A stretch of 64,000 nucleotides of DNA, from contig CAWAIF010000003.1 of NCBI GenBank assembly GCA_963782055.1, forward strand, positions 6,592,001-6,656,000. The letters run 5' to 3'. The notes beneath the pieces were generated by a model. That model made no database searches. It was not told the origin of the DNA and saw nothing but the letters and a program-made list of their open reading frames with translations. The position numbers and the translations under genes were made by a program. The DNA is from an uncultured delta proteobacterium. Lineage in GTDB: Bacteria > Myxococcota_A > Polyangia > Polyangiales > Polyangiaceae. This document shows positions 13,158 to 23,459 of this stretch, in pieces. The first letter of the stretch is position 1; the number at the start of each line of letters is the position of its first letter.

Positions 13158-15008
13158 CTACTTCGGAACGGGGGGGATGACGACGGTGTTGATGGGCTTA
13201 AGGCTCATGCCGCCCGGGTAGGCGTAGCTCACCGCCTGCGTGTAGAAGGTCGAGCCCGTCTCCAGCGTCCCCCACCCCCACACCGTCACGCCGAACGGCG
13301 CGTCGCTCTTGATCTCGTGCCGGCCGTTGTCGCAGCTGCCCTGCTTCTGGAAGTTGTGCCGGACCAGGTCGAAGCGGGTGAACTCGTAGTCGCCCTTCGA
13401 CCCCACCGGCTGCCAGCCGGTCAGCGCGCCCGCGCAGTCCAGCGTCACGTCGTGGAACTTGGCGTCGCCGCCCTTCGAGCGCACCAGCACGAGGTCGGTC
13501 TCGGGGTACGTCGGGTCGGTGAAGAAGACGTAGGAGCTCTGGAACTCCTTCGCCGGGACGACGTTGACGTACTCCGCGTCGCCCACGCAGCCCTCCGGCG
13601 GGCCGTTGATCGAGCCCACCGAGGAACAGCCCGTCATGTGCGCCGAGACGTAGAAGGGGTGCTTCTCGTCCTGGCTGTGCACCACGTACGGACCCGTGCC
13701 GGAGAAGGTGGCGAGCTGCCCCTGGTTGAGGGTCGTCGGCGCGCCGGACGGCGTCGACGGCTCCCAGGTGAGCTGCGTGCCATCCACCAGGCCGAGCAGG
13801 CGCCAGGGCACCGACTCCTCCGGGGCGTTGTCCAGCCGGTTGCGGTAGCGCACCAGCACGTACTCGCTGCCCAGCGCCTGCACCGGCGGCACCTGCTGGT
13901 GGGCCGAGTCGCAGTAGGCCACGCTCGCGGGCACGTTGAAGCACGACATGCTCGCCCACATCCCCACCGGGTAGTTGGCCTGGATGGGGCTTCCGTCGAG
14001 CAGGTTGGTCTGCGCGAAGACGATCTCCTGCCCCTTGTCGAGCGCGTAGGTCTTCGGCGTGTTCTTCGTGGCCGCCGCGACGCCGCCGCCTCCGGCGATG
14101 TTCTGCGTCGGCAGGATGGTGATCTTCGTGCCGTTCTGCTGCGCGACGAGGTGCACCGCGCCGGGCGCGTTGGTGACCTGGCTCACGTTGAAGGGACTGA
14201 CCGCGACGTAGTTGGTGTCCCACGCGCTCGTCGGCAAGAGCAGCGTCGCGCTGGTGATCGCGCTGGTGCCGCCGCCGTACGGGTAGATGTCGTACGCCGA
14301 CACCGGCCGGTCCGTCGCGATGCGGACGGCGTTGCCCATCATCGTGCCGGAGGTGCCGAGCGCGAGGTTGCCGCTGGTGACGGGGCAGCCGCTGCCGGAG
14401 AGGAAGAGGATGGCCACCTCCCCCGCGGGGATCTGGTTGTTGGTCAGCGGCGAGTAGGTGATCGCGGCCCCGTTGCCCTTGGGGATGCGCGCGATGCTCC
14501 CGACGTTGATGCCGCTGCCCTTGAAGTCGCCCGTGACCGTCACCGGTGAGTTCCAGGTGTTCGCCAGGTACATGGCGAAGCAGCTCCCGCCGTACTGCGA
14601 GCCGTCGGGGGTGACGGCGTAGAACTCGCAGCCGATGCTGCCCTTGTTGGCCTTCGCGCTGTCGCATGCGGCCACGCAGTCGCCGCTCTGCGGATCGCAG
14701 CCCTGGTCGTCCGGGCAGGTCTTCTTGACCGTGCCGTGGCAGTCGACGACCGAGTGCAGGTCGGAGGAGCAGCTCACCGCGCAGGGCGGGCCGCTGTCCC
14801 CGGCGCCGGTGTCGCCGAAGGGATCGTTGCCGTCGAGCTGCGGGGCGCCGTCGCCGAGGCCACCGTCCACGCCGCCGTCACCGTCGCCGAACGCCGACCC
14901 GTCGGTCCCGCCGCACCCCGGCATGGCGTACGCGAGCGCCACCAGCCCGGGCAGCACCGCCGCGATCACGCGGCCCCCGAGGGGCTTCGAAGCCAGTCCA
15001 AGACGCAT
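13158..15008 (-). CDS. IgGFc-binding-protein N-terminal domain lipoprotein
   Basis: Signal plus MPGC; Gly/Asp linker; Cys-rich module; GCEFYAV, SATLLLPTSAWDTNY, HQQVPPVQALGSEY, SYAYPGG. Confidence 0.8.
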   Translation of the reverse strand: MRLGLASKPLGGRVIAAVLPGLVALAYAMPGCGGTDGSAFGDGDGGVDGGLGDGAPQLDGNDPFGDTGAGDSGPPCAVSCSSDLHSVVDCHGTVKKTCPDDQGCDPQSGDCVAACDSAKANKGSIGCEFYAVTPDGSQYGGSCFAMYLANTWNSPVTVTGDFKGSGINVGSIARIPKGNGAAITYSPLTNNQIPAGEVAILFLSGSGCPVTSGNLALGTSGTMMGNAVRIATDRPVSAYDIYPYGGGTSAITSATLLLPTSAWDTNYVAVSPFNVSQVTNAPGAVHLVAQQNGTKITILPTQNIAGGGGVAAATKNTPKTYALDKGQEIVFAQTNLLDGSPIQANYPVGMWASMSCFNVPASVAYCDSAHQQVPPVQALGSEYVLVRYRNRLDNAPEESVPWRLLGLVDGTQLTWEPSTPSGAPTTLNQGQLATFSGTGPYVVHSQDEKHPFYVSAHMTGCSSVGSINGPPEGCVGDAEYVNVVPAKEFQSSYVFFTDPTYPETDLVLVRSKGGDAKFHDVTLDCAGALTGWQPVGSKGDYEFTRFDLVRHNFQKQGSCDNGRHEIKSDAPFGVTVWGWGTLETGSTFYTQAVSYAYPGGMSLKPINTVVIPPVPK

Positions 15009-15102
15009 GCGCTCCTCCTTGCGGCCGCCCGCCGGCGCCGCTCGCTGCGGGGGCCACCGCCCGCGAGGACAAAACGATAGCGCTACCTGGTATCGTGGTC
15101 CA

Positions 15103-16017
15103 ATGCCGATGCGGCGCATTCGCCAGCTTGCCGAGGTGTTCCGGGCGGATTTCGAGGCCAGACAGGAGGCGCACGCCGCGCGCATCGCCGGCTTCGACAC
15201 GGCGTCGGTCGACGCCGGCGCGGGCATGGCCTCCTTCAAGCGAGGCGACAGGGTCCTCTGGGAGGGACACGCGGAGCTCATCGGCCGCTTCTGGGGAGAC
15301 CTGGGCCTCTTCCGGTGGTGGTGGTCGGGCAAGGAGCACCACGTCAAGACGGAGACGTCGCTGATGGACCTCGCCTTCGCCGAGGCGCAGCGCGGAGACA
15401 TCCGCGCGCTGCTCGTCCGTCAGATGCAGCTCGACGGCGAGACCGACGCCGAGCTGCTCTGCCGCGTGGCCGCGCACCTCGCGAGCGCGCGCGCGATGGT
15501 GCGCCGCACCGAGGGCGAGCAGACGGCGTACTACGCGCTCTTCGACGGCGCCGGGCCGTCGCGACCGCCGACCCTCTTCACCGCCGAGCTGGAGATGGCG
15601 CGCACCATGCCGCCCGGCGCGGTGGCGCCGGTGGCGTCGACACCGCCGGCGTCCGCCTCGGCTTCGCTGCCGCTGGGCGCGCCCGTCGTCACGCCCCCGC
15701 GCGACCTGATGCTGCCGCTGGCGCACGCCGCCGCCAAGACGATCCGCCCCGCCTACCCCGCCGGCTTCGGCGAGGCGCTCCTCATCGTGACCATCGACAC
15801 GACGCGCGAGAAGGCGCGCTTCTTCGCGCAGATCGTCGCCACGACGCCGGACGGGCACCTCGACGCGGTGGACAGCACGCGCGAGCTCCTGGACGCGGTG
15901 GGGCACCTGATCACCGAGGACGCGCGGGCGGGCAACGGGCGGTGGCGCAAGCTGGTGCTGCGCGTCAGCCCGGAGGGAGACGGCGTGGCGATCCGCGGGG
16001 CCGAGGTGAGCGTGTGA
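15103..16017 (+). CDS. Hypothetical protein (N-terminal DUF6882-like, Pro/Ala linker, second domain)
   Basis: Coding-like GC3; LIGRF...FRWWWS motif; family assignment weak. Confidence 0.6.
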   Translation: MPMRRIRQLAEVFRADFEARQEAHAARIAGFDTASVDAGAGMASFKRGDRVLWEGHAELIGRFWGDLGLFRWWWSGKEHHVKTETSLMDLAFAEAQRGDIRALLVRQMQLDGETDAELLCRVAAHLASARAMVRRTEGEQTAYYALFDGAGPSRPPTLFTAELEMARTMPPGAVAPVASTPPASASASLPLGAPVVTPPRDLMLPLAHAAAKTIRPAYPAGFGEALLIVTIDTTREKARFFAQIVATTPDGHLDAVDSTRELLDAVGHLITEDARAGNGRWRKLVLRVSPEGDGVAIRGAEVSV

Positions 16018-16055
16018 CGATGGACGTGGAGGGTCGTTGACCCCACACTGGCGCC

Positions 16056-17423
16056 ATGGGCGACGCGCTCCTCTGGCACCGGCTGCAGTTCGCCTTCACC
16101 ATCGTCTACCACTACCTCTTCCCCCAGCTCACGATGGGGCTGGCGCTCTTCATCGTGGTCTTCGAGGGCATCGCCCTGTGCCGCAACGACGAGACGTACC
16201 GCGACCTCGCGCGCTTCTGGACGCGCATCTTCGGCCTCAACTTCGCCGTGGGCGTCGTCACCGGACTGCCGATGGAGTTCCAGTTCGGCACCAACTGGGC
16301 GCGCTTCTCCCACGTCGCGGGGGGCGTCATCGGCCAGTCCCTGGCGATGGAGAGCCTCTTCGCCTTCTTCCTGGAGAGCACCTTCCTCGGGCTGCTGGTG
16401 TGGGGCGCGAAGAAGCTCTCCCCGCGCGCGCACTTCCTGTGCGCGGTGGCGCTGCTCGTGGGGAGCTGGTCGAGCGGCTTCTTCATCGTCACCACCAACG
16501 CCTTCATGCAGCACCCGGTCGGCTACACCAAGATGGCCGACGGGACGCTCGCCCTCTCCAGCCTGACGGGCTTCGTCTTCAACCCGTGGGGCCTCATCGA
16601 GTGGGTGCACACCATCGACGCCGCGGTGGTCACCGGCTCCTTCGTCGTGTGCGCCATCGGCGCGTACTGGACGCTCAAGCGCGCCCACGCCCGGCACGCG
16701 CGCGTCTGCTTGAAGGTGGGCACCACCGTGGGTCTCGTCGCCGCGTTCGTCGTGGCCTTCCCCACCGGGGACCAGCAGGCCAAGCTGGTGGCGAAGCACC
16801 AGCCCGTCGCCCTCGCGGCGATGGAGGGGCGCTTCCAGAGCGGGCCGCGCGCCGACATCACGCTCATCGGCCAGCCCGACGTGCCGGAGAAGCGGCTGGA
16901 CAACCCCATCAAGGTCCCCGGCGCGCTGAGCTTCCTCGCCTACGGCACCTTCCACAGCGACGTCGCCGGCCTCGACGCCTTCCCGCAGGACCAGTGGCCC
17001 GGCAACATCGAGCTCCTGTACTACTCCTTCCACGTCATGGCGGGCCTCGGCACGCTGATGATCGGGCTGATGGCGCTCGCGCGCCTGCTCGTCTTCCGGA
17101 AACGGCTGGAGCGCACGCGTCCGGTGCTCTGGGCGCTCATGCTCGCCTTCCCCTTCCCGTACATCGCCAACACCGCCGGCTGGCTCACCGCCGAGCTCGG
17201 CCGGCAGCCGTGGCTCATCTACGAGGTGCTGCGCACGCGCGACGGCTCCAGCCCCACCGTGCACTCCGGCGACGCCCTCTTCACGCTCATCGGCTTCTGC
17301 GGCCTCTACCTCCTGCTCGGGCTGCTCTTCGTCTTCTTGGTGGGCAAGGAGATCGGCCACGGCCCGGAGCCAAGAGCCCCCGGCGGCGCGCCCCCTTCCC
17401 CCGCGGAGGCGACCGGTGGTTGA
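16056..17423 (+). CDS. cydA: Cytochrome bd ubiquinol oxidase subunit I
   Basis: RLQFAFTIVYHYLFP, GVVTGLPMEFQFGTNW, NAFMQHP, QPVALAAMEG, GWLTAELGRQPW. Confidence 0.98.
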   Translation: MGDALLWHRLQFAFTIVYHYLFPQLTMGLALFIVVFEGIALCRNDETYRDLARFWTRIFGLNFAVGVVTGLPMEFQFGTNWARFSHVAGGVIGQSLAMESLFAFFLESTFLGLLVWGAKKLSPRAHFLCAVALLVGSWSSGFFIVTTNAFMQHPVGYTKMADGTLALSSLTGFVFNPWGLIEWVHTIDAAVVTGSFVVCAIGAYWTLKRAHARHARVCLKVGTTVGLVAAFVVAFPTGDQQAKLVAKHQPVALAAMEGRFQSGPRADITLIGQPDVPEKRLDNPIKVPGALSFLAYGTFHSDVAGLDAFPQDQWPGNIELLYYSFHVMAGLGTLMIGLMALARLLVFRKRLERTRPVLWALMLAFPFPYIANTAGWLTAELGRQPWLIYEVLRTRDGSSPTVHSGDALFTLIGFCGLYLLLGLLFVFLVGKEIGHGPEPRAPGGAPPSPAEATGG

Positions 17424-18447
17424 GATCTGGTACGCCCTCGTCGCGGCGCTCCTCACCGCCTACGTCGTGCTGGACGGCTTCGACCTGGGCGCGGGCGCCG
17501 TCCACCTCTTCGTCGCACGCGCGGAGCCGGAGCGACGACAGGTGCTCGGCGCCATCGGCCCGCTCTGGGACGGCAACGAGGTGTGGCTGCTCGCCGCCGG
17601 CGGCGCGCTCTTCCTCGCCTTCCCGCGGGTGCTCGCCTCTGCCTTCTCCGGCTTCTACCTCGCGATGTTCCTGGTCGTCTGGTCGCTCATCGTACGGGGC
17701 ATCGGCATCGAGCTGCGCAGCCACGTGCCAGGCGAGCTCTGGCGCGCCTTCTGGGACTTCGTCTTCAGCGTCGCCAGCGGCCTGCTGGCGTTCCTCTTCG
17801 GCGTCGCCCTGGGCAACGTGCTGCGCGGCGTCCCCATCGACGACAAGACCGGGTACTTCGAGCTCTCCCTCTTCTCCAACTTCACCCCGGCGCCGCCGGT
17901 GGGGCTGCTCGACTGGTACACCCTGCTGATGGGCGCCTTCGCGCTGATCGCGCTCGCCGCGCACGGCGCGCTCTTTCTGGCGTGGAAGACGGGCGGCGAG
18001 CTGGGGGAGCGCGCCGCGCGGCTCGCCTCACGCCTCTGGCCGGTGGTGCTGGTGGGCGCGGTGGCGGTGTTCGTCGCCACCTTCCGCGTCACCCACCTGG
18101 TCCCACGCGCGGTCGCCGCCTTGCCCATCGCGCTCGCGGTGGGCGGGCTGGGCGTGTGGCCTGTCGCGCTGCGCCGCGGCCGCGTCCTCACCGCCTTCCT
18201 CGGCTCGTGCGCCTTCCTCGCCGGGTCCCTCGGCGGCGTCGCGACGAGCCTCTTCCCGGTGATGCTGCGCGCCACCGACGGCGCGGCGACGGTGGACGCC
18301 TACGCCGCGGCGAGCTCTCGCCACGCGCTCGACGTCGGCCTCGCCTGGTACGTGGTGGGCCTGTTGCTGGTGATCGGTTACTTCGTCAACCTCTTCCGCC
18401 TGCACCGCGGCAAGGTGAACGCCGCGGCGGACGGCGAAGGGTACTGA
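17416..18447 (+). CDS. cydB: Cytochrome bd ubiquinol oxidase subunit II
   Basis: YVVLDGFDLGAG, IGPLWDGNEVWL; overlaps cydA stop; GGAGG SD. Confidence 0.97.
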   Translation: MVEIWYALVAALLTAYVVLDGFDLGAGAVHLFVARAEPERRQVLGAIGPLWDGNEVWLLAAGGALFLAFPRVLASAFSGFYLAMFLVVWSLIVRGIGIELRSHVPGELWRAFWDFVFSVASGLLAFLFGVALGNVLRGVPIDDKTGYFELSLFSNFTPAPPVGLLDWYTLLMGAFALIALAAHGALFLAWKTGGELGERAARLASRLWPVVLVGAVAVFVATFRVTHLVPRAVAALPIALAVGGLGVWPVALRRGRVLTAFLGSCAFLAGSLGGVATSLFPVMLRATDGAATVDAYAAASSRHALDVGLAWYVVGLLLVIGYFVNLFRLHRGKVNAAADGEGY

Positions 18448-18477
18448 GCGGACGCGACGACGGCGCCGCCCGTGGCC

Positions 18478-19647
18478 TCAGAGGCCGATGAGCTTCGCCA
18501 CGTAGTAGCGCATCGTCTCGGTCGTGCCGCCGCCGATGCGGAACAGGCGCTGATCCCGCCACGCGCGGGCGATGTGGTACTCCTCGATGTACCCGGCGCC
18601 GCCGTGGAACTGCAGGCACTGGTCGGCGACCTCCGAGACCACGTCGCCCATGAAGATCTTCGCCATCGAGATGAGCTTCACGGTGTCGAAGCTGATGGGC
18701 TCCTTCTTCACGTAGCGCTCGTCGTTGTACTCCTCCACCGCCTTGTAGGCGAGGGCGCGCCCGGCCTCCAGCTTCGTCATCAGGTCGACGAACTTGTGCT
18801 GCCAGTACTCGCGCTTGATGATCGGCTTGCCGAACGCCTTGCGATCGCGCCCGTAGGCGATGGCCTCCTCGATCATGATCTGCGCGCCGGCGGCGCTGCT
18901 CGTCGAGGCGATCAGCCGCTCGCTCTGGAAGTTCTGCATGAGGTACATGAACCCCATGTTCTCTTCCCCGAGCAGGTAGCGCTTCGGGACGCGCATGTCC
19001 TCGAAGTGCAGCTCCGCGGTGTCGCTGGAGTGGTTGCCCAGCTTCTTCAGCTTCCGGGACACGCCGAAGCCCTTGGTGCTGGTCGGCACCAGGAAGAAGC
19101 TGCAGCCGTGGGCGCCCGCCTCCGGGTTGGTCTTCACGAGCAGGGTGACGAAGTCGGCGCGGGTGCCGTTGGTGATGTAGGTCTTCGACCCGTTGATGAC
19201 GTAGTCGTCGCCGTCCTTCTTCGCCCACGTCTGGATGCCGGCGACGTCGCTGCCTGCGTTGGGCTCGCTCACGCCGAGGGCCGCGATCTTGTCGCCGTGG
19301 AGGGCGGGGGTCAGAAACTCGGCGATCTGCTCCTTGGTCCCCAGGTCGCCGATGACCGGGGTGGCCATATCCGCCTGGACGAGCAGACCCATGCTCACGC
19401 CCGCCATCAGGCAGCGCGGCAGCTCCTCGCTCTTGACCACCGAGAACCAGTAGTCGCCGCCACCGCCGCCGATCTCCTCCGGGTAGTGGGCGCCGGTGAT
19501 GCCGAGCTCGCCCGCGCGCTTGAAGACCCAGTTGGGGAAGAGCTCGTCCCGTTCCCACTCCTCGACGTGGGGAGCGAGCTCCTTCTCGGCGAACTGGCGG
19601 ACGGTCTTGCGGAAGTGCTGGTGCTCTTCGCCAAAGGGGGTCGGCAT
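18478..19647 (-). CDS. Acyl-CoA dehydrogenase
   Basis: ALGVSEPNAGSDVA, NGSKTYITNG, RKAFGKPI, QFHGGAGY, RIGGGTTE. Confidence 0.95.
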   Translation of the reverse strand: MPTPFGEEHQHFRKTVRQFAEKELAPHVEEWERDELFPNWVFKRAGELGITGAHYPEEIGGGGGDYWFSVVKSEELPRCLMAGVSMGLLVQADMATPVIGDLGTKEQIAEFLTPALHGDKIAALGVSEPNAGSDVAGIQTWAKKDGDDYVINGSKTYITNGTRADFVTLLVKTNPEAGAHGCSFFLVPTSTKGFGVSRKLKKLGNHSSDTAELHFEDMRVPKRYLLGEENMGFMYLMQNFQSERLIASTSSAAGAQIMIEEAIAYGRDRKAFGKPIIKREYWQHKFVDLMTKLEAGRALAYKAVEEYNDERYVKKEPISFDTVKLISMAKIFMGDVVSEVADQCLQFHGGAGYIEEYHIARAWRDQRLFRIGGGTTETMRYYVAKLIGL

Positions 19648-19912
19648 GGCGGCTCCTGGGGGGCTTGGGGTCGGACGATTGTTGCGTCCGCGAAATGTTT
19701 GTACACGAAATATCTTGCCCCGCAATAGGCCAGTTTCCGCCCCATCCCCCCCGCCACCGGATCGGTAGCCGGCAAACGATCGGCGGCGGCGCGGAGTCGG
19801 GGCGGAGCGCGCCCCCCTGGCCATGCCCGGTCATGAGGGGCTGACGAGCCGCGAGGGCGGCCGCCGTCGTCGCCTTGCGGGGGCCGTGCCCAGGCCGCAC
19901 GCTGACAGCAGC

Positions 19913-20332
19913 ATGAGCGTGGCCTCCCTCTCCCGCAGGCTCGTCCTGGCCGGCGTGCTGGAGGCGCTCGCCGACGACCACGGCGGCTACGACCTGCTCG
20001 ATCACTGGCAGCAGGGAGAGTTCCACCACGACGTGGTGCTCCGGGTGACCCGCCCCGACGGCCTCCCCGGCGACATCCTGGTGGTGGCCACCAACTGCAA
20101 CGGCGGCGTGAAGGAGATCCTCTGCTTCGACCGCATCCCGGACCGCTGGGCCCTCTGGCACGCCCGCTGCCCTCGGAACCCGGAGTTTCGCGGCGAGCTG
20201 CCGCCCCTGCTCGACCGCGCGAGGACCGAGCACTGGTTCGACCCGTGTGCGCTCCTCGTCGCCGACGCGCGCAGCGAGCTCCGGCCCGAGCACCGCGAGC
20301 GCATGCGCGGCGGCGGCTGGTGCAAGCGCTGA
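19913..20332 (+). CDS. Hypothetical protein
   Basis: Coding-like codon usage; HWQQGEFHHD, VATNCNGGVKE, WFDPC. Confidence 0.7.
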   Translation: MSVASLSRRLVLAGVLEALADDHGGYDLLDHWQQGEFHHDVVLRVTRPDGLPGDILVVATNCNGGVKEILCFDRIPDRWALWHARCPRNPEFRGELPPLLDRARTEHWFDPCALLVADARSELRPEHRERMRGGGWCKR

Positions 20333-20356
20333 GCGATCTCGGCTACCCTCGCGTGC

Positions 20357-21343
20357 ATGGATGAAGTCGCCGTCACCGGCGCCGCGGGCTTCGTGGGATC
20401 CGCCGTGGTGCGCGCGCTCCTCGCCCGGGGCAGGCACGTGCGGGCGCTGCTCGAGCCCGGCGCCGACACGCGCAACCTCGCCGGGCTGGAGGTAGAGCGC
20501 GTCGAGTGCGACATCACGCAGCCCGCGCAGGTGAAGCGCGCGCTCGCCGGGTGCGCGTCGCTCTTCCACCTGGCCGCCATCTACAAGCTCTGGGTGCCGG
20601 ACCCCGAGCCGCTCTACCGCGTCAACGTGGAGGGCACCACCAACGTCCTGCTCGCCGCCCTGCAGGCCGGTATCCGCCGCGTGGTCCACACCAGCTCCAT
20701 CATGGCCATCGGCCTGGCCGACAGCGGCCCCACCGACGAGTCGCAGCGCTTCAACATCTTCGACATCGCCGGGCCTTACACGATGACCAAGTACGTGAGC
20801 GAGCGCATCGCCCTGCGCTTCGCCCAGGCGGGCCTGCCGCTCACCGTCGTGGCCCCCAGCATGCCCTTCGGCCCGGGCGACCGCGCGCCCACCCCCACCG
20901 GTCAGATCGTCCTCGGGGTGCTGCGCGGCGAGGTGCCCGCCATCGGCACGGGCCTGCTCAGCGTGGTCGACGTGGACGACTGCGCGACCGGCCACCTGCT
21001 CGCGGAGGAGAAGGGCGCGGTCGGCGAGCGCTACATCCTCACCTCGCATGACGTCACCCTCAAGGACTTCATCGGCGCCGTCGGCCGCGTCGCCGGCATG
21101 AAGGTGCCCAGGCTGGTGATCCCCCGCGCCCTGGGCGTCGGCATCGCCGCCGGCATGGAGTCGTATGCGCGCCACGTCTCGCACGCCGAGCCGATGGTGA
21201 CGCTCAACGAGGCCCGCTTCACGGCGCGCATGGGCGGCTACTCCGGGCGCCGGGCGCGGGACGAGCTCGGGATGCCGTCGCGGCCGCTGGAGGAGACACT
21301 GTCGCGCGCCGTGGCCTGGTTCCGCGCGGAGGGCATGGCCTGA
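20357..21343 (+). CDS. NAD-dependent epimerase/dehydratase, HpnA/dihydroflavonol-reductase-like
   Basis: VTGAAGFVGS, FHLAAIY, YTMTK, GPGDRAPTPTG. Confidence 0.9.
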   Translation: MDEVAVTGAAGFVGSAVVRALLARGRHVRALLEPGADTRNLAGLEVERVECDITQPAQVKRALAGCASLFHLAAIYKLWVPDPEPLYRVNVEGTTNVLLAALQAGIRRVVHTSSIMAIGLADSGPTDESQRFNIFDIAGPYTMTKYVSERIALRFAQAGLPLTVVAPSMPFGPGDRAPTPTGQIVLGVLRGEVPAIGTGLLSVVDVDDCATGHLLAEEKGAVGERYILTSHDVTLKDFIGAVGRVAGMKVPRLVIPRALGVGIAAGMESYARHVSHAEPMVTLNEARFTARMGGYSGRRARDELGMPSRPLEETLSRAVAWFRAEGMA

Positions 21344-21367
21344 GCTGCCGGCCCTCGCGGGTGGGGC

Positions 21368-22186
21368 TCAGCGCTTGGGCCGCCGCTTCGGCGCCGGCTT
21401 GCGCCGCGCCGCCTTCTTCGCCGCCGCGGGCTTGCGCGCCGCGGACTTCTTCGCGCCCGCCTTCTTCGCCGCCGCGCGCTTGGTGGTCGCGCCCTGCCTC
21501 GCCGCCGGGCGCTTGACGGCCGTCTTGCGCTTCGCCGTCACCTTGCGCTTCGGCGCCGCCTTGCGCTTCGGCGCCGCCTTCTTCGGAGCCGCCTTCTTCG
21601 GAGCCGCCTTCTTCGGCGCCGCCTTCTTCGGCGCCGCTTTCTTCGGCGCCGCCTTCTTCGGAGCCGCCTTCGCGGCCGCCTTCCGCGGCGCCGCCTTCTT
21701 CGGCCCCGGCCGGTCCGTCTTCTTCTTGGCCGGCTCCCCGTGAGAGTAGCCAAGCACGCCGTTCGTCTCCGCGCGCGGCACCCCCTCGCGCTGCGAGCGC
21801 CTCGCGGCGAGCGTCCGCTTCACCTTCGCGTCCAGCTCGGAGAGCTGGAACGGCTTGTCGATGTGCGCGTCGGCGCCGTAGAGCGGGCTCGTCAGCTCGT
21901 TCACCCGCTCGCCGATGCCCGTCAGCATCAGCACGCCGGTGTGCGCGAGCGCGATGTCCTCGCGGATCTTCTTGCACACCTCCCACCCGCTCATCTCGGG
22001 CATCATCACGTCCAGCACGACGAGGTCGGGCAGCCGCTCGCGCGCGAGGCGCAGCGCCTGCTCGCCGTCCTCGGCGGCGATGACCTCCAGCTTGGGGTCC
22101 TCGAAGGAGCGCAGATGGTCGACCACCAGCTCGCGCATCAACGGTTCGTCGTCGGCCACGAGCACCAGGGGGTTGGGGTCCTGCAT
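21368..22186 (-). CDS. Response regulator receiver domain fused to histone H1-like Lys/Ala/Pro tail
   Basis: VLVADDE, LDVMMPEMSG, LMLT, KPF; then repeated KKAAP. Confidence 0.9.
   Translation of the reverse strand: MQDPNPLVLVADDEPLMRELVVDHLRSFEDPKLEVIAAEDGEQALRLARERLPDLVVLDVMMPEMSGWEVCKKIREDIALAHTGVLMLTGIGERVNELTSPLYGADAHIDKPFQLSELDAKVKRTLAARRSQREGVPRAETNGVLGYSHGEPAKKKTDRPGPKKAAPRKAAAKAAPKKAAPKKAAPKKAAPKKAAPKKAAPKKAAPKRKAAPKRKVTAKRKTAVKRPAARQGATTKRAAAKKAGAKKSAARKPAAAKKAARRKPAPKRRPKR
21545..21705 (-). repeat. 15-18 bp coding repeats encoding (K/R)KAAP units
   Basis: Repeated cttcttcgg(c/a)gccgc on + strand. Confidence 0.85.
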
Positions 22187-22333
22187 GGGCGCGATTGTCA
22201 GTTTTTCTCGGCGGCGGGGTCAAGGCCTCCTTGAGGCCCGCGCACACGTGGGACGACAGCCCGGAGGGCGCCGGACCCGGCCCGGGCGGATCGGGCCTTG
22301 TGATGCGGCCAAAAACCGACCATCTTGCGCTCG

Positions 22334-22888
22334 ATGCGCGCGCTCCCCCTCGCGATCCTCGGCCTGCTCTGCGCCTGCCAGCCCACGCAGTCGGAGGCGT
22401 CGCGCCCCGCGGGCATCACCCTGCCGACCCTCCCCCCGCAGAACGTGGGCGATCCCATCTGCGGCCCGGGCTGGCAATGGGACGGCTCGCATTGCCTCCA
22501 CGTCGAGACGGCGGCGGCGCCCGCCACCGGCGGCGTGACGGCCAGCCTGCCCGCGCCGACAGGTCTTGAGACGACCGACGTGGTCATCGGCACCGGCGCG
22601 GAGGCGCATCCGGGCGACCTCGTCGCCGTCCAGTACGTGGGCAGCCTCGCCAACGGCACCGAGTTCGACGCCTCGAGCAAGCACGGCGGCACGCCCTTCG
22701 AGTTTCGCATCGGCGACGGCAAGGTGATCAAGGGCCTGGAGCGCGGCGTCGTCGGCATGAAGGTGGGCGGCAAGCGCCGCATCACCATCCCGCCCGACCT
22801 GGCCTACGGCAAGCGCGGCATCCCGCCGGTCATCCCGCCGAACGCCACCCTCGTCTTCCAGATCGACATGGTCTCGGTGAAGAAGTGA
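22334..22888 (+). CDS. FKBP-type peptidyl-prolyl isomerase lipoprotein
   Basis: Lipobox LCAC; VQYVGSLANGTEFDAS, VIKGLERGVVGMKVGGKRRITIPPDLAYG. Confidence 0.95.
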   Translation: MRALPLAILGLLCACQPTQSEASRPAGITLPTLPPQNVGDPICGPGWQWDGSHCLHVETAAAPATGGVTASLPAPTGLETTDVVIGTGAEAHPGDLVAVQYVGSLANGTEFDASSKHGGTPFEFRIGDGKVIKGLERGVVGMKVGGKRRITIPPDLAYGKRGIPPVIPPNATLVFQIDMVSVKK

Positions 22889-22905
22889 GGGCTTGGGGGT
22901 GAGGC

Positions 22906-23331
22906 TCACTCGTCGCGGAACGTGGTGTCCACCCGCGATGTCGTCTCCACCAGCTCGCGCGACGAGTTCACGTACTTCACGATCGTCGGCATGTGCCCCT
23001 TGGTGAGCTTGAGCTTGTTCTGCATCATGCCCTTGATGGGATCGAGCTCCTTCCGGATCACCATCTTCCAGCGCGCGTAGTCCCCGACGATGACGAACGG
23101 CGCCTTCTGCGCCTCCTCCGCCGAGACCATGCGGCAGTCGGTGCACTGGCCGCGGTCGATGTCGAGCCAGAGGCCGGTGTCCTTCTCGATGCCGATGGCT
23201 GGGTCGGCCTTGACCACCATCGCCACCGCGCCGTGCGTCCAGTCCTTGCCCGCCTCCTTGTACTTGGGGTTCTGGTTGATGGCTTCCTTGTAGGCGGCGG
23301 CCCAGTCGTCCGACGGGAACAGGTGCGGCAT
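22906..23331 (-). CDS. SCP2 sterol/lipid-binding domain protein
   Basis: FPSDDWAAAYKEAIN, GDYARWK, LDPIKGMMQNKLKL; GGAG SD. Confidence 0.85.
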   Translation of the reverse strand: MPHLFPSDDWAAAYKEAINQNPKYKEAGKDWTHGAVAMVVKADPAIGIEKDTGLWLDIDRGQCTDCRMVSAEEAQKAPFVIVGDYARWKMVIRKELDPIKGMMQNKLKLTKGHMPTIVKYVNSSRELVETTSRVDTTFRDE

Positions 23332-23459
23332 CGTGGTCTCCTTCGGGCGCGGAGCGTAGTCGGCCTTCCCTCCCATGCCTAGGCCCGGTCGGGCCGCGCG
23401 GACCAGCTCGAGCGTCGCTCCCCTTCCGGCGCGGATGGACAGGCGGCGCGCGACGCGTC

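Noticed and set aside
8773..16017. Genomic island integrated at tRNA-Arg(TCT)
   Set aside because: No integrase, no duplicated tRNA 3' end, no compositional shift seen
16056..18447. Missing cydX/cydDC as an anomaly
   Set aside because: Two-subunit bd oxidases without adjacent cydX or cydDC are common
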